In this document: positions 40,976-53,114 of the stretch, one piece after another
How the letters are laid out: each line of letters begins with the position of its first letter
Numbering within the stretch: position 1 is the stretch's first letter
DNA from: Escherichia coli
GTDB lineage: Bacteria > Pseudomonadota > Gammaproteobacteria > Enterobacterales > Enterobacteriaceae
DNA length: 64,000 bases
Reading direction: 5' to 3' (one strand)
NCBI RefSeq assembly: GCF_016903815.1
Contig: NZ_CP069973.1
Made by a program: the position numbers and the translations under genes
The notes under the pieces: model-generated
Told to the model about the DNA's origin: nothing
The model's input: the letters and a program-made list of their open reading frames with translations, nothing else
Databases searched by the model: none

Positions 40976-41761
40976 TTAGATATATGGCGTCGTGGTGGAT
41001 TTAATTTCCACCGGATCTAACGTGGAGAGCAGTTGTAGACCGACTTCACGCGCGGCAATCACCGCCTGACGTACTGCACCGGAATCACCGGAGAAGGTGA
41101 AGATCACTTCGTTACTAAAGCTGGTGCCTTGCGACGGGCTGGCATAACCCACCGGGTCAATCACGGCGGATTTCGCCGCAGCGTCGGCAATCACCAGGCC
41201 AATCGCCGCAGGCGAGGCACAGGTCATCCCGAAGGATTTACCAATCGGCGCACCCAGCGCTTTATTCAGCGCGTAGCTGGCACGAGCGGTGTACTGGAAT
41301 TCAAGATGTCCGGCTGACGAGCCATAAACGTCACCCATGGTGCGTTCAATTTCAGACAGCGCCACTTCAACCGCACGCCTGACGTCGGAAACATCAGACG
41401 CACCGAAAATAATTAAGCAACCGTGTCCGCCACCTCCTTCGGTATCGCGGGCCAGCTCAATAGAAATAATTTCGCTGTTGGTTGCTTTAATCGCTTCGTC
41501 AGCCGCAAAAATTTGCGGGCCTGCGCCAGTACGTGCGCCAAGAATACCGATAGAGCGATATTTCTTGTCGATATTCATGACTTCATGCAATTGATTATCA
41601 ACATTGGCAATCACTAGGCCGATAGTGTGGCCCAACGCAGTGCCGACAAATTCCGTAATACCGCAACCAGCGAAATTCGCTGCTGTTTTAGCTTCCGGTG
41701 AGATATCGGTTTGTTTATTCATTACGTCAGATATAATCTGCTCAACAAGATTATCTCTCAT
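40976..41761 (-). CDS. Tandem-BMC-domain shell protein (BMC-T, PduB-like)
   Basis: 261-aa protein with PduB-like N-terminus MRDNLVEQIISDV. Confidence 0.75.
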   Translation of the reverse strand: MRDNLVEQIISDVMNKQTDISPEAKTAANFAGCGITEFVGTALGHTIGLVIANVDNQLHEVMNIDKKYRSIGILGARTGAGPQIFAADEAIKATNSEIISIELARDTEGGGGHGCLIIFGASDVSDVRRAVEVALSEIERTMGDVYGSSAGHLEFQYTARASYALNKALGAPIGKSFGMTCASPAAIGLVIADAAAKSAVIDPVGYASPSQGTSFSNEVIFTFSGDSGAVRQAVIAAREVGLQLLSTLDPVEIKSTTTPYI

Positions 41762-41782
41762 GATCAGTATCCTTTATTGTTA

Positions 41783-42064
41783 TTAACCGATAGCCTTCGG
41801 TAGAATTTTTTCCACCTCAATGTGTGGGCGTGGAATAACATGTACGGAGACCAGTTCTCCCACTTTACTCGCAGCAGCGGAGCCCGCATCTGTCGCGGCT
41901 TTCACTGCGCCAACGTCGCCGCGAACCATCACAGTCACCAAGCCGGAGCCGATTTTTTCATAACCCACTAGGGTCACGTTGGCAGATTTCACCATGGTAT
42001 CTGCAGCTTCAATTGCAGAAACCAGACCTTTCGTTTCAACCATTCCTAATGCTTCTTGTTGCAT
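41783..42064 (-). CDS. BMC-H shell protein (PduA/PduJ-like)
   Basis: [45 protein letters not shown] canonical BMC domain; start at internal Met. Confidence 0.9.
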   Translation of the reverse strand: MQQEALGMVETKGLVSAIEAADTMVKSANVTLVGYEKIGSGLVTVMVRGDVGAVKAATDAGSAAASKVGELVSVHVIPRPHIEVEKILPKAIG

Positions 42065-42348
42065 AACGACCTCAATATTTCCGATAGAAAGAAAACGTGC
42101 ACAGAGGAATAGCAATCTACGGATTCACCCATGTGCATTAATTATTTAATTATCATAATGCTAAGGTTATTCAGACAAAATGTTTTGCGCGTCAGTGGGA
42201 CTATCTTGCTTTTGCATTCCCGCAATTGACAATAAAATCCACCCGAGGTTTGTAATAAAAGATCTGCGTTTAAACTTCCTTGCAAAATAGCCCCGCTCTG
42301 AATAGCGATCATAATTACTGTTAAAACTGTCGTATTTTTGCCAATTAG

Positions 42349-43545
42349 TTATGCCGTGCGGGCAATCTCCGCTGCATCTATAGCAATCATTTTTTCTTCA
42401 TTGGTTGGGATGACCGCAATCTTCGTGGTGTCGGTTTTAGAAATCAGTCCGCTACGTCCGCCGAACAGCTGCTGGTTACGTTCTTTATCCAGTTCCAATC
42501 CCAGCGCCTGAAGGCGTTGCACGGTAAGTTCTCGAATTAACGCCGAGTTTTCGCCAATTCCACCGGTGAAAATCAGCGCATCGAAGCGTTTAAGCGAGGT
42601 CACGTGGCCGCCGATATGTCGTGCGAGACGATGTACTAACACGTCGATGGCTAACGCTGCCCGTTCGTGGCCCTCATCACGCGCCTGCTGAAGGGTGCGG
42701 CAATCGCTGGATAAGCCGGAAATCCCCATTAGGCCGGACTGGTTATTGAGCATTTTGTACAGCGTGTCGAATGTTTGACCTGTGCGTTTCGCCAGATATG
42801 CGACGACACCAAAATCAAGATCCCCGCAGCGCGTGCCCATTACCAGCCCTTCCAGCGGGGTCATACCCATTGAGGTGTCAATGCTCGTGCCGTTTTGCAC
42901 CGCACATAGCGATGAACCGTTGCCCAAGTGGGCAATCACGATGCCATGATCCGCCGGGTCGAGATCTAGTGATGCAAGCGCTTCTGCGGCAATATAGCGG
43001 TGAGATGTTCCGTGAAAGCCGTAACGTCGCACCATATAATCTTGCTGGAACTCCAGCGGGATCGCATAGGTGTAAGCAGCCGGAGACAAGGTCTGGTGGA
43101 ACGCAGTATCGAACACCGCAATATGCGGCAACGCGGGCAACAGAGCCCGAGCCGCTTCAATACCAATCAGGTTGGCAGGGTTATGCAAAGGGGCCAGCAC
43201 CGACAGCGCGCGGACTTTTTCGATCACATCATCGGTAACCAGTACTGATCTTTTGAAGTCGCTGCCGCCATGAGCCACGCGGTGCCCAACGGCGTTGATG
43301 GCTTCCAACAGTTGCTGTTCGTCGAGCTTCGCGAAGAGCACTTTGAGCGCATGCTGATGGCTGGCGTCATCCAGCGCGACAGTGGATTTATGGCCGTCTC
43401 GGTCTTTAAACGTTATGACAGCATGATCAATACCCAGTCGTTCCGCTAGGCCCGACAGCAACGGCTGATCTGCATCCTGAGGAATGACGGAGAATTTCAT
43501 TGATGAGGAACCACAATTAATCACTAATACACAAGCTAAAGACAT
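42349..43545 (-). CDS. Acetate/propionate kinase (AckA/PduW family)
   Basis: VLVINCGSSSMKFSV N-terminal motif; start codon at 43543..43545. Confidence 0.85.
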   Translation of the reverse strand: MSLACVLVINCGSSSMKFSVIPQDADQPLLSGLAERLGIDHAVITFKDRDGHKSTVALDDASHQHALKVLFAKLDEQQLLEAINAVGHRVAHGGSDFKRSVLVTDDVIEKVRALSVLAPLHNPANLIGIEAARALLPALPHIAVFDTAFHQTLSPAAYTYAIPLEFQQDYMVRRYGFHGTSHRYIAAEALASLDLDPADHGIVIAHLGNGSSLCAVQNGTSIDTSMGMTPLEGLVMGTRCGDLDFGVVAYLAKRTGQTFDTLYKMLNNQSGLMGISGLSSDCRTLQQARDEGHERAALAIDVLVHRLARHIGGHVTSLKRFDALIFTGGIGENSALIRELTVQRLQALGLELDKERNQQLFGGRSGLISKTDTTKIAVIPTNEEKMIAIDAAEIARTA

Positions 43546-43573
43546 GATGCCCCCTGAAATGGACTGCAAAAAA

Positions 43574-44071
43574 TTAACGGGTTGTTGTGAGGGGATAACG
43601 CAGAACGCTAAACTGCGCCATCGCCTGGCGGGCGATGAGCATATCTTCCTCAACACTGCCGCCGCTGATGCCGATGCCGCCTAGTAAGCGCCTGCCCGAC
43701 CAGCAGGGAAAACCACCGCCGAAGCAGCAGATATCTTTTTCTTTCTCAAGGCCGTACAAATCACCACCCGGCTGTACCAGCGTTGCCAGTTCGTGAGTTG
43801 GCATTTTGAGAGCTACCGCGGTCCAGGCCTTTTGTGGTGCCAAGGTATGGCTGACCAGCAGGGCGTTATCCATGCTGAAGAAAAAACGCTGCTGACCGCA
43901 GGCATCCACTAGGCTAAAAACGATCGATACATTGCTGGACTGTGCCATTTCCCGGGCCAACTTTGCCAGCAGTTCACTGTCCTCCAGGCTCAGCGACATC
44001 CGGAGTTCCGGTAACTGCGTGGCAATAGCCTCATTAATCCAGTTGTCGAGTGAAGCCTCATTCGCAGACAT
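43574..44071 (-). CDS. GlcG/HbpS-like (DUF336, PduO C-terminal domain-like) protein
   Basis: 165-aa ORF with GGIGISGG motif. Confidence 0.6.
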   Translation of the reverse strand: MSANEASLDNWINEAIATQLPELRMSLSLEDSELLAKLAREMAQSSNVSIVFSLVDACGQQRFFFSMDNALLVSHTLAPQKAWTAVALKMPTHELATLVQPGGDLYGLEKEKDICCFGGGFPCWSGRRLLGGIGISGGSVEEDMLIARQAMAQFSVLRYPLTTTR

Positions 44072-44098
44072 AAGTATTCCTCAGCGTACGCGCCGCTA

Positions 44099-44368
44099 TT
44101 AACCGTTAAGTTCGAGCGTGTCGACGATACCCACCACGGCAGCGTCAATCACCGAGTGATCTTTGTTGTTGCTCATACGCGCCGAACTGCCGGTGGTGAT
44201 GATCACAATCTCTCCATTGCCCGCGCCGACAGTATCAACTGCCACCTGGGCATGGACAGTCGGCTGATAGTTTTCATCGAGCCGCGCCACTATCAGCAGT
44301 TTTGAGCCATTCAGCGAGGCGTGTTTGGTGGTGGAAACCAATGCGCCAGTAACTTTAGCGAGGTACAT
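44099..44368 (-). CDS. BMC vertex protein (BMC-P, EutN/PduN/CcmL family)
   Basis: MYLAKVTGALVSTTKHASLNGSKLLIV... matches the EutN/PduN pattern. Confidence 0.85.
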   Translation of the reverse strand: MYLAKVTGALVSTTKHASLNGSKLLIVARLDENYQPTVHAQVAVDTVGAGNGEIVIITTGSSARMSNNKDHSVIDAAVVGIVDTLELNG

Positions 44369-44379
44369 ATTTCCTCCGG

Positions 44380-45105
44380 TTAACCATGGATAACAGTGAG
44401 ATTACGCCGCTGGATTTCATCTCTGGCAGCAGGGGTAATCAGCGTGTCGCTCTCAATGCGCAGCACTGTGCCAATGGTCAGTAGGCGGATATCGCTCTGG
44501 GTGATTAAACGTTTTTTACCGGCTACTGTCAGGGTGGATTGGCTTCCTTGCACCGACTTGACATGGGCTGCACGTTTACCGAAAAGCGTAATGCCATAGC
44601 TCTCTAGGACCTGAGCGTAACCTTCCAGACAAGACAGCAGTGGCATCGGTAATTCGCTATCGACGCATTGTTGATGCAGCGTGGCGATAATCTGTTTACG
44701 GTGCTGTAACGCCTGAAATACAGTTTCACAGGCCAGATTATCGCGAATGCCCAGCGCAATTTTGCTCATGCTGTTGACAGAGAGCGCAGGCAGATAGAGC
44801 ACCTCATAGTGAGGCGGCGATCTGTCAAATCCAGCACGAGAACCACGCTGAATTAGCGCATCCATGCAGACAGATTTCAGCGCCGACTGGCTGGCGCTGT
44901 GAGAAAAATTTACCCACAACTGATAGCCCGCCAGCTCAAGCGCCTCAAGGCAGTTCAGCGTTTCCGGCAGCGAGGAGATATCCTCACCAGTCACCACTAC
45001 GCAGACATTTTTCTGCGCGACGGATTGTGCCAACACTTCAGCGATGACCCGGTCCAGCAGTTGCGATAAGGTTTGATTGTCCATTGATTTACCCCTGGTC
45101 CGCAT
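44380..45105 (-). CDS. Microcompartment-locus protein of unrecognised family (241 aa); alternative start at 45084
   Basis: ORF inside the operon between the eutJ-like and vertex genes; no motif recognised. Confidence 0.55.
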   Translation of the reverse strand: MRTRGKSMDNQTLSQLLDRVIAEVLAQSVAQKNVCVVVTGEDISSLPETLNCLEALELAGYQLWVNFSHSASQSALKSVCMDALIQRGSRAGFDRSPPHYEVLYLPALSVNSMSKIALGIRDNLACETVFQALQHRKQIIATLHQQCVDSELPMPLLSCLEGYAQVLESYGITLFGKRAAHVKSVQGSQSTLTVAGKKRLITQSDIRLLTIGTVLRIESDTLITPAARDEIQRRNLTVIHG

Positions 45106-45909
45106 TCATGGCGATGCCTAATGGTGTGACCAATAGTGGCTCTGCCGAAGGAATCACATTTTTACCGGTTTGTTTACTGAACACGTTGGCAAACTGGCTG
45201 AAGCTGCTCGCGCCACCTACCAAATAAATATTTTTTACCTGCTGGGTAGCGAACCATCCCGACACCAAGCTGGCCATTTTCTGGGCCACCGGTAGCACCA
45301 GGGTAAAGACCTGCGCTTCCTGCCCGTTTTTTTTCATTTCTTCCGCCTCGGCATAAGGCAAGCCCAGCGCGCCAGCGATCACCAACTTCATATGGCTTCC
45401 ACCGGTGGGCTCATCGGCACTGAACGTCACTTTACCGCTTTTCAAAATGCTCATGCCGGTGGTGCCTCCTCCGACATCCACCACCGCCCCGTTTTTAATA
45501 TTCAGCGCGCTGGCAGCGGCTACCGGTTCATCTAGTACTTGGGTCACGATAAAACCCGCCAACTCCACTACGTTGACGATCACTTTTGTGTTGCCTTCAG
45601 AGATCCCCGGTGGGACTGCGATCGCCGCGCGCTCCAGCGTGCAGCCCTGTTTCTGTTCAAGAATTTGTTTGAGACGTGCTACTACCCGGCTGGCGGTCAG
45701 GTAATCCACCACCACGCCGTCTTTCACCACATTGGAGGGATACATTACCCCTGCCACCGGCTGGTTATCTTCATCCAGCACCACGATTGCGATATTGGCG
45801 GTACCGAGATCCCCCCCACCTTCAACGCGCCGGAGTAGGGCCGACATTCGCCGCTGTCAATCAGCGCGGCCAATTCGTGAAATCGGCAGTTTTCGGGGCT
45901 GTTAGCCAT
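45089..45909 (-). CDS. EutJ-like actin-fold (Hsp70-type) protein with an apparent frameshift at a 7-nt C run (45811..45817)
   Basis: ORF from 45847 starts at the DLGT phosphate-binding motif; an ATG at 45909 in another frame encodes ...ALKVGG, which would precede DLGT after a 1-nt shift. Confidence 0.6.
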
Positions 45910-46588
45910 GGCGCGCAGCCTGTTTTATGCCGCGAACGGTATCGCCATTACGCAGACCGACGCCGTTAGCTTCTTCCATATCAATATGCAGTTCCAGCAC
46001 TGCATCCGCCGTGACGCGTACCACTACATGGCTGAGCACACCACCGCGCGGACCGTTTGTTTGCACATCGATTTCCATTCCGTCATGCAGGCCGTGCAAT
46101 TCGGCTTCTTCGGGCGAGATATGGATATGGCGCCAGGCGACAATCATGCCGTTGTGTTTCACCACCCGCCCTTTCGGACCGATGATTTCAATGCCCGGCG
46201 AATCCAGCAGATCCCCCGACATGCGCACCGGAGCTTTAGTGCCCAGCGCAAAGCCGTCGGCCACAGAGATTTCCACCTGCGTGGCATTACGCAGTGGCCC
46301 TAACACGCGCACTTTGTTGAGCTCGCCTTTTGGCCCGCGCAGCGTCACCATCTCTTCGGCGGCATACTGACCGGGCTGTTTCAACGCTTTAGAACGGGTT
46401 AGCGTAGAGCCGTAGCCAAACAGAATGTCCATATCTTCACGGCACAGATGAACATGGCGGTTGGACACGCCCACCGGAATATTCAGCGCGACGGGCGCGG
46501 CAGCAGGCGCTGCCGTTTTTTTACTGGTGGCAAGTTCCTGCAAAATTTGTTGGGTAATCCACTCGGCTTGTTGTTCGGTGTAATTCAT
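45902..46588 (-). CDS. Phosphotransacylase, PduL type
   Basis: GVSNRHVHL ... ALKQPGQYAAEE ... AWRHIHISPEEA motifs. Confidence 0.85.
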   Translation of the reverse strand: MNYTEQQAEWITQQILQELATSKKTAAPAAAPVALNIPVGVSNRHVHLCREDMDILFGYGSTLTRSKALKQPGQYAAEEMVTLRGPKGELNKVRVLGPLRNATQVEISVADGFALGTKAPVRMSGDLLDSPGIEIIGPKGRVVKHNGMIVAWRHIHISPEEAELHGLHDGMEIDVQTNGPRGGVLSHVVVRVTADAVLELHIDMEEANGVGLRNGDTVRGIKQAARHG

Positions 46589-46727
46589 AATGGGTACGAC
46601 CTGATTATTGGGTTATCTTATGGGTAATGGGCGTCTAACGATCAGGATAGGGAGTAACGACGCCCGGTTTTTGTTTATCAGCAGGACTTTTTTGACTGCT
46701 TCACGGAGGCTGAACAAAGTTATCCAG

Positions 46728-47846
46728 CTAGCCGGTAATCAGGTCGATCAACCCTTCGACATCATGCGTCGTCACCTGCCGCGGGTTCGACGCGGTACAA
46801 CCGTCGGCCAGCGTCGAATTCACCAGTGCGCTGCGCAACTCGATGATTTTTGCACGGTCGATACCCAGTTCGCTGAGAGTGACGGGGATGCAGAAATGGC
46901 GATTGATCTGGCGGATCTCCTGAGTCATCAGCGCGATGGCCTGCTCCGGTACCGCATGGTCAATGCCTATGATTTGCGCGCAACGGTGATAGCGATCGCG
47001 GGTTTCAGTGCTGGCCCGTTTGCTGTTGAAGTCGATGACAATCGGCAGCAGCATGGCGTTAATTTTGCCATGAGGAATATGCAGCATCCCGCCGATGGCG
47101 TGTGCCATGCCGTGTACCAACCCCAGCCCGGCGGAGTTAAATGCCATGCCTGCCATACAGGAGGCATTGTGCATGTGGGTGCGCGCCGCAATGTCTTTTT
47201 CGTCGTTAAACACCTGCGGCAGATAGCGCCAGGTCAACGCGATGGCTTTTTCCGCCAGCGCATCGCTAAAGTCATTTGAGCCAGTAGAGACAAAGGCTTC
47301 AATGGCATGGGTCAGCACGTCCATGCCGGTATCTACCGCGACATGACGCGGCGCGGTTAACACTAGGTTAGGATCGAGAATGGCGATTTCCGGCACCAGT
47401 TGCCCGGAGATCAACGGATATTTGCGGCCATTTTGCGGATCAGAGATGATCGCGTAGGACGTCACTTCAGAGCCGGATCCGCTGGTTGTGGGAATAGCAA
47501 TGAGATCGATTTGATGATCTCCAAAATACTCTTCCAATGTGACTTTAATTCCTTTCGCAGCGTCCAGCGACGAGCCGCCGCCGAGGGCGATAATAACGTC
47601 GGGCTTAAAGGCTTTAAAACGCGCCGCGCCGGAAGTCAGAATATCAATATCTGGATCCGGAGTAACCTCGCCGAAAATGCATACCGATGCCTCAGGCATA
47701 TGGCTTATTAAATAACGAGTTTTACCTGATGACATCATAAAATCATCGGTGACAATACCGACTCGTTTATTATTAAATTGGCATAGAGAGGTTATTGCCT
47801 CTTCACCAAAATAAATTTTGGGGCACGAAAAATAATAGCGGGCCAT
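46728..47846 (-). CDS. Iron-containing alcohol dehydrogenase (PduQ/EutG-like), first gene of the operon
   Basis: GGGSSLDAAK and His-rich metal site (HGMAHAIGGMLHIPHG). Confidence 0.85.
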   Translation of the reverse strand: MARYYFSCPKIYFGEEAITSLCQFNNKRVGIVTDDFMMSSGKTRYLISHMPEASVCIFGEVTPDPDIDILTSGAARFKAFKPDVIIALGGGSSLDAAKGIKVTLEEYFGDHQIDLIAIPTTSGSGSEVTSYAIISDPQNGRKYPLISGQLVPEIAILDPNLVLTAPRHVAVDTGMDVLTHAIEAFVSTGSNDFSDALAEKAIALTWRYLPQVFNDEKDIAARTHMHNASCMAGMAFNSAGLGLVHGMAHAIGGMLHIPHGKINAMLLPIVIDFNSKRASTETRDRYHRCAQIIGIDHAVPEQAIALMTQEIRQINRHFCIPVTLSELGIDRAKIIELRSALVNSTLADGCTASNPRQVTTHDVEGLIDLITG

Positions 47847-48064
47847 GTGTAACTACCTTAATCATGGTAAACGACCAAATTTGATGTCGTTAACCTAACA
47901 TGGCGATTTTTTTAATGGACTGAGGATGTTTGTGCAGGTGAAGGATTATTTTGCGGTATTGTTTTGCCTTGAGCAAAAAAGTCCTTTTCTAGGAAATACC
48001 TAAAATCTGATACAGTCAAACTCAATATTTATTGTCAGAGAATGAATAAAAGCGGGGTGTTTTT

Positions 48065-48703
48065 TTGCCGCTGCACTGCTTCAGGAATGTATTCACCCCT
48101 CATAAAGGCTTCAATGACTCTCCGCCATGGCAAACATGCCATAGGGGGAGATTTTCAGATAATGATAATAATGTTCGCCCACATCCGATTGTAAATGGAT
48201 CAGAAAAACGGCCGCGTATTGCCCTGCTGAATGTGGATTACGTCACCAGTTTTGAACTGCCTTTTCGCTTGCTGCTTACCCGGACACCACAACTGATTGC
48301 CGCGCTGCGTGAAGAATGGGGCATCAGCCAGAAAAATGTGGTGTTTAACGATAAACGGTTTGGTTGCGTGTACAGCCTGAAGGCCAGCCTTTCTGGTGTG
48401 CCGGATACATTCCGGTATCATCTGTCTCACCGTATTCGTCGCGTGGTTGGGAATGAAAACACATCATTGCCATATCAGCAGGTTGCCCGGGAAGTGAAAG
48501 CGCCCCGTGAACGGCTGAAGTATGCACTGGAGGCGGGTTTACTGGTGACTGCACTGGACGGCCTGTTCTGGTTTGGCAGTCAGCGTATTGCGGCTGATGT
48601 TCTGAGGCTGAGAAAGGCCGGAATGCCGGTGGTGACCACGACCGTGGAGGTGCACGATAACCTGACAGGAACAACCCGCAAAGTACCGGCATACCATCTC
48701 TGA
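48065..48703 (+). CDS. Hypothetical protein (start uncertain)
   Basis: 212-aa ORF, no family recognised. Confidence 0.4.
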   Translation: MPLHCFRNVFTPHKGFNDSPPWQTCHRGRFSDNDNNVRPHPIVNGSEKRPRIALLNVDYVTSFELPFRLLLTRTPQLIAALREEWGISQKNVVFNDKRFGCVYSLKASLSGVPDTFRYHLSHRIRRVVGNENTSLPYQQVAREVKAPRERLKYALEAGLLVTALDGLFWFGSQRIAADVLRLRKAGMPVVTTTVEVHDNLTGTTRKVPAYHL

Positions 48704-48798
48704 TACAACCATCAAGGGGAATATTGCTCTGGCAGCAGCAGTACGACATTCTTTATACTTTATCCCCGTGCCTGAAAATATGTGCTAAGGAAACGGGA

Positions 48799-49032
48799 AT
48801 GGCAAGGTCCGATTATGATATTATTAATCTGTCTCTGAAACATGAACTGAATGAGTGGCTGACAGAGAGAGGTTATGCCGGACTGGCGGATAACCGGAAC
48901 CGCTTGGCAGAGGTGGTTACCCGGAAATTGCAGGACAGCTTTTATATAAACGTTTCCTGGGATGCGCTGAACACGGCATACAGTGAACACCCTGAGTGGT
49001 TTTCAGGGCTTGTCTCCGGAGATGAGAATTAA
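48799..49032 (+). CDS. Small hypothetical protein (77 aa from the Met with AAGGA Shine-Dalgarno; ORF extends to 48724)
   Basis: ORF with plausible ribosome-binding site. Confidence 0.4.
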   Translation: MARSDYDIINLSLKHELNEWLTERGYAGLADNRNRLAEVVTRKLQDSFYINVSWDALNTAYSEHPEWFSGLVSGDEN

Positions 49033-49084
49033 TAAGTGGATTATGCTGCCATCAGGCAGTGTGATTGCCGGCAGGGATTTCGTT

Positions 49085-49276
49085 TTATTCTGTTTCTTCC
49101 CGGGGGGCGGGTTTGAATTTTCCCAGAAAGTTGTACATCGGTCGCATGCAGGGATGCGGATAGCCGTCCCGCATAAACACCACCCGGGTTTCCTCAACAC
49201 TGGTCACGGTGACAAGCGCACCATGATCGTCTTTGTATCGCTGATTGACTTTCGGTAATGGAACATCTTCTGACAT
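49085..49276 (-). CDS. Small hypothetical protein (63 aa)
   Basis: ORF only. Confidence 0.35.
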   Translation of the reverse strand: MSEDVPLPKVNQRYKDDHGALVTVTSVEETRVVFMRDGYPHPCMRPMYNFLGKFKPAPREETE

Positions 49277-49906
49277 AAATTTTAGTACGGTAACAGTTAA
49301 CTAAATTTTCATGTGGTAGCACTGAATCAGGAGACTGCGTTTCCTGATGTGCGCTGTTAATTTTCTGTTTTTACGAAACATTTTCCCCTTCTTCCTGTAT
49401 ATTTTATTGCGCTCCTCCTTTCATGTCCTTCCCATATCCTGAAACTCACTTAAATGCTGTTGAATCGTCATGCATTGCAATTTTCAATGACTGAAATCAA
49501 AAATTGCTATTTTTTTAGCTAACCAACTGTATTAAAAGCATTCAGTGGAATAATTTTCTGCACTTTTCCATTAATTATGGTTATAAATTTTGCAATGTGC
49601 TGTTTTTGCGATATATGGCAGAATAAAGAACTGTTCATTTGTGTTATATCGATCGATAAATCTGTCACATTGCTGTAGTTCAGATCATTATTCTATAATG
49701 ATCAAAAATAAGTCAGCTAAAAATTGGCAGATTTATTGCTCAGCATTCTGGTACCGGTTGATGCGGGTAAATACCGGAAGGGCGGTAGCGTGCCATCGCA
49801 AAACATGGTGGGAGGTATCGTCAGGAGGCTGGTGATTGTTGGTATGACATGAATAAAAGGTTTTTCGTTTGACTGGAAAATTATGTTGCAGGAACGAGAG
49901 GGCTGA

Positions 49907-50257
<351 letters not shown>

Positions 50258-50357
50258 CCACTTCAGTTTTTTTATTTCTGAATAAAGCGACATCCACGAT
50301 ATAACGTCGTGGGTGTCGGTGATGATTCTTTTTTTGTTCGCAGATTAAGGTGCGTTT

Positions 50358-52145
<1,788 letters not shown>

Positions 52146-52538
52146 TACCGGACCATTTCTTTATTCCGGACTTTCCCCATACTGTTATTATCAGGTTTAT
52201 TTAATTCGCCATGAACCCGTTATTTAACGATATTCAGATGCGTCTTTTTCATCTGAACCACTCGCCGTACTCCTGGTACTGGAATGTAAGATTCATACCT
52301 CTGGAAGCCGTGTATATTGGCAACGATACCTGTCATATCACCATTACCTGTAATCAGTCCGGTTTTCACTGAGCGTTATATCAGAAACCTTAATGAGCTG
52401 TTACCGGTTCTGAAACGGCGGTGGGATGTGACACCGGCAATCATCTGCGCAGTGGAATACCTTTCCTGGGTAACGGTATCGCACTGACTCTCTCCCTATA
52501 ATTAACAATGGTTTAATACCTAAACACTGAATCTGCCG

Positions 52539-52979
52539 ATGACTTCTGAAGTGAAACTGAAAACCGGTGGTGACCCCCGGTCATTACCGGATTATGCTGC
52601 CCTGCGCGATGAAATCAGCAAACTGACCCACCCGGCACGCCCTGATGTGGACTGGCGTTACGTGGAAACGCTCTGCCTGCGTCTGTATGAACACAATGGC
52701 GTGGAATTACAGACGGCATCCTGGTACACCATTGCCCGGATGCATACAACAGGGTTAAGTGGTCTGAATGAAGGGCTGGCTCTGATTGCTGCGCTGACCC
52801 GGCATCACTGGTCAGTGATGTGGCCGCTGAATACACACTCCCGGCTGGAAATTATTACCGGTCTGTTCAACCGTCTGCAAAAAACGCTCCGGGCCATGCC
52901 TCCGGATAACCGTGACAACCTGCCCCTGCTGTATCAGACCGAAACATTCCTGAAGACACTGAGTGATCTCCTTCCATGA
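52539..52979 (+). CDS. ImpA_N-domain protein (T6SS-associated TssA/VasL-like N-terminal domain)
   Basis: [40 protein letters not shown] fits the remembered ImpA_N pattern. Confidence 0.45.
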   Translation: MTSEVKLKTGGDPRSLPDYAALRDEISKLTHPARPDVDWRYVETLCLRLYEHNGVELQTASWYTIARMHTTGLSGLNEGLALIAALTRHHWSVMWPLNTHSRLEIITGLFNRLQKTLRAMPPDNRDNLPLLYQTETFLKTLSDLLP

Positions 52980-53114
52980 AAATACGCAGGCTTGGCACGA
53001 ACTTAAACAGAGCAGTAAAGTGGTAGACTGGCCCCCTGAATCTCCAGACAACCAATATCACTTAAATAAGTGATAGTCTTAATACTAGTTTTTAGACTAG
53101 TCATTGGAGAACAG

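Noticed and set aside
42771-43248. Plus-strand ORFs (155 and 82 aa) inside the acetate kinase gene
   Set aside because: Antisense to a well-supported CDS; Arg/Pro-rich translation typical of GC-rich shadow frames.
45405-46370. Plus-strand ORFs overlapping the eutJ-like and pduL genes
   Set aside because: Antisense shadow ORFs in a GC-rich region.
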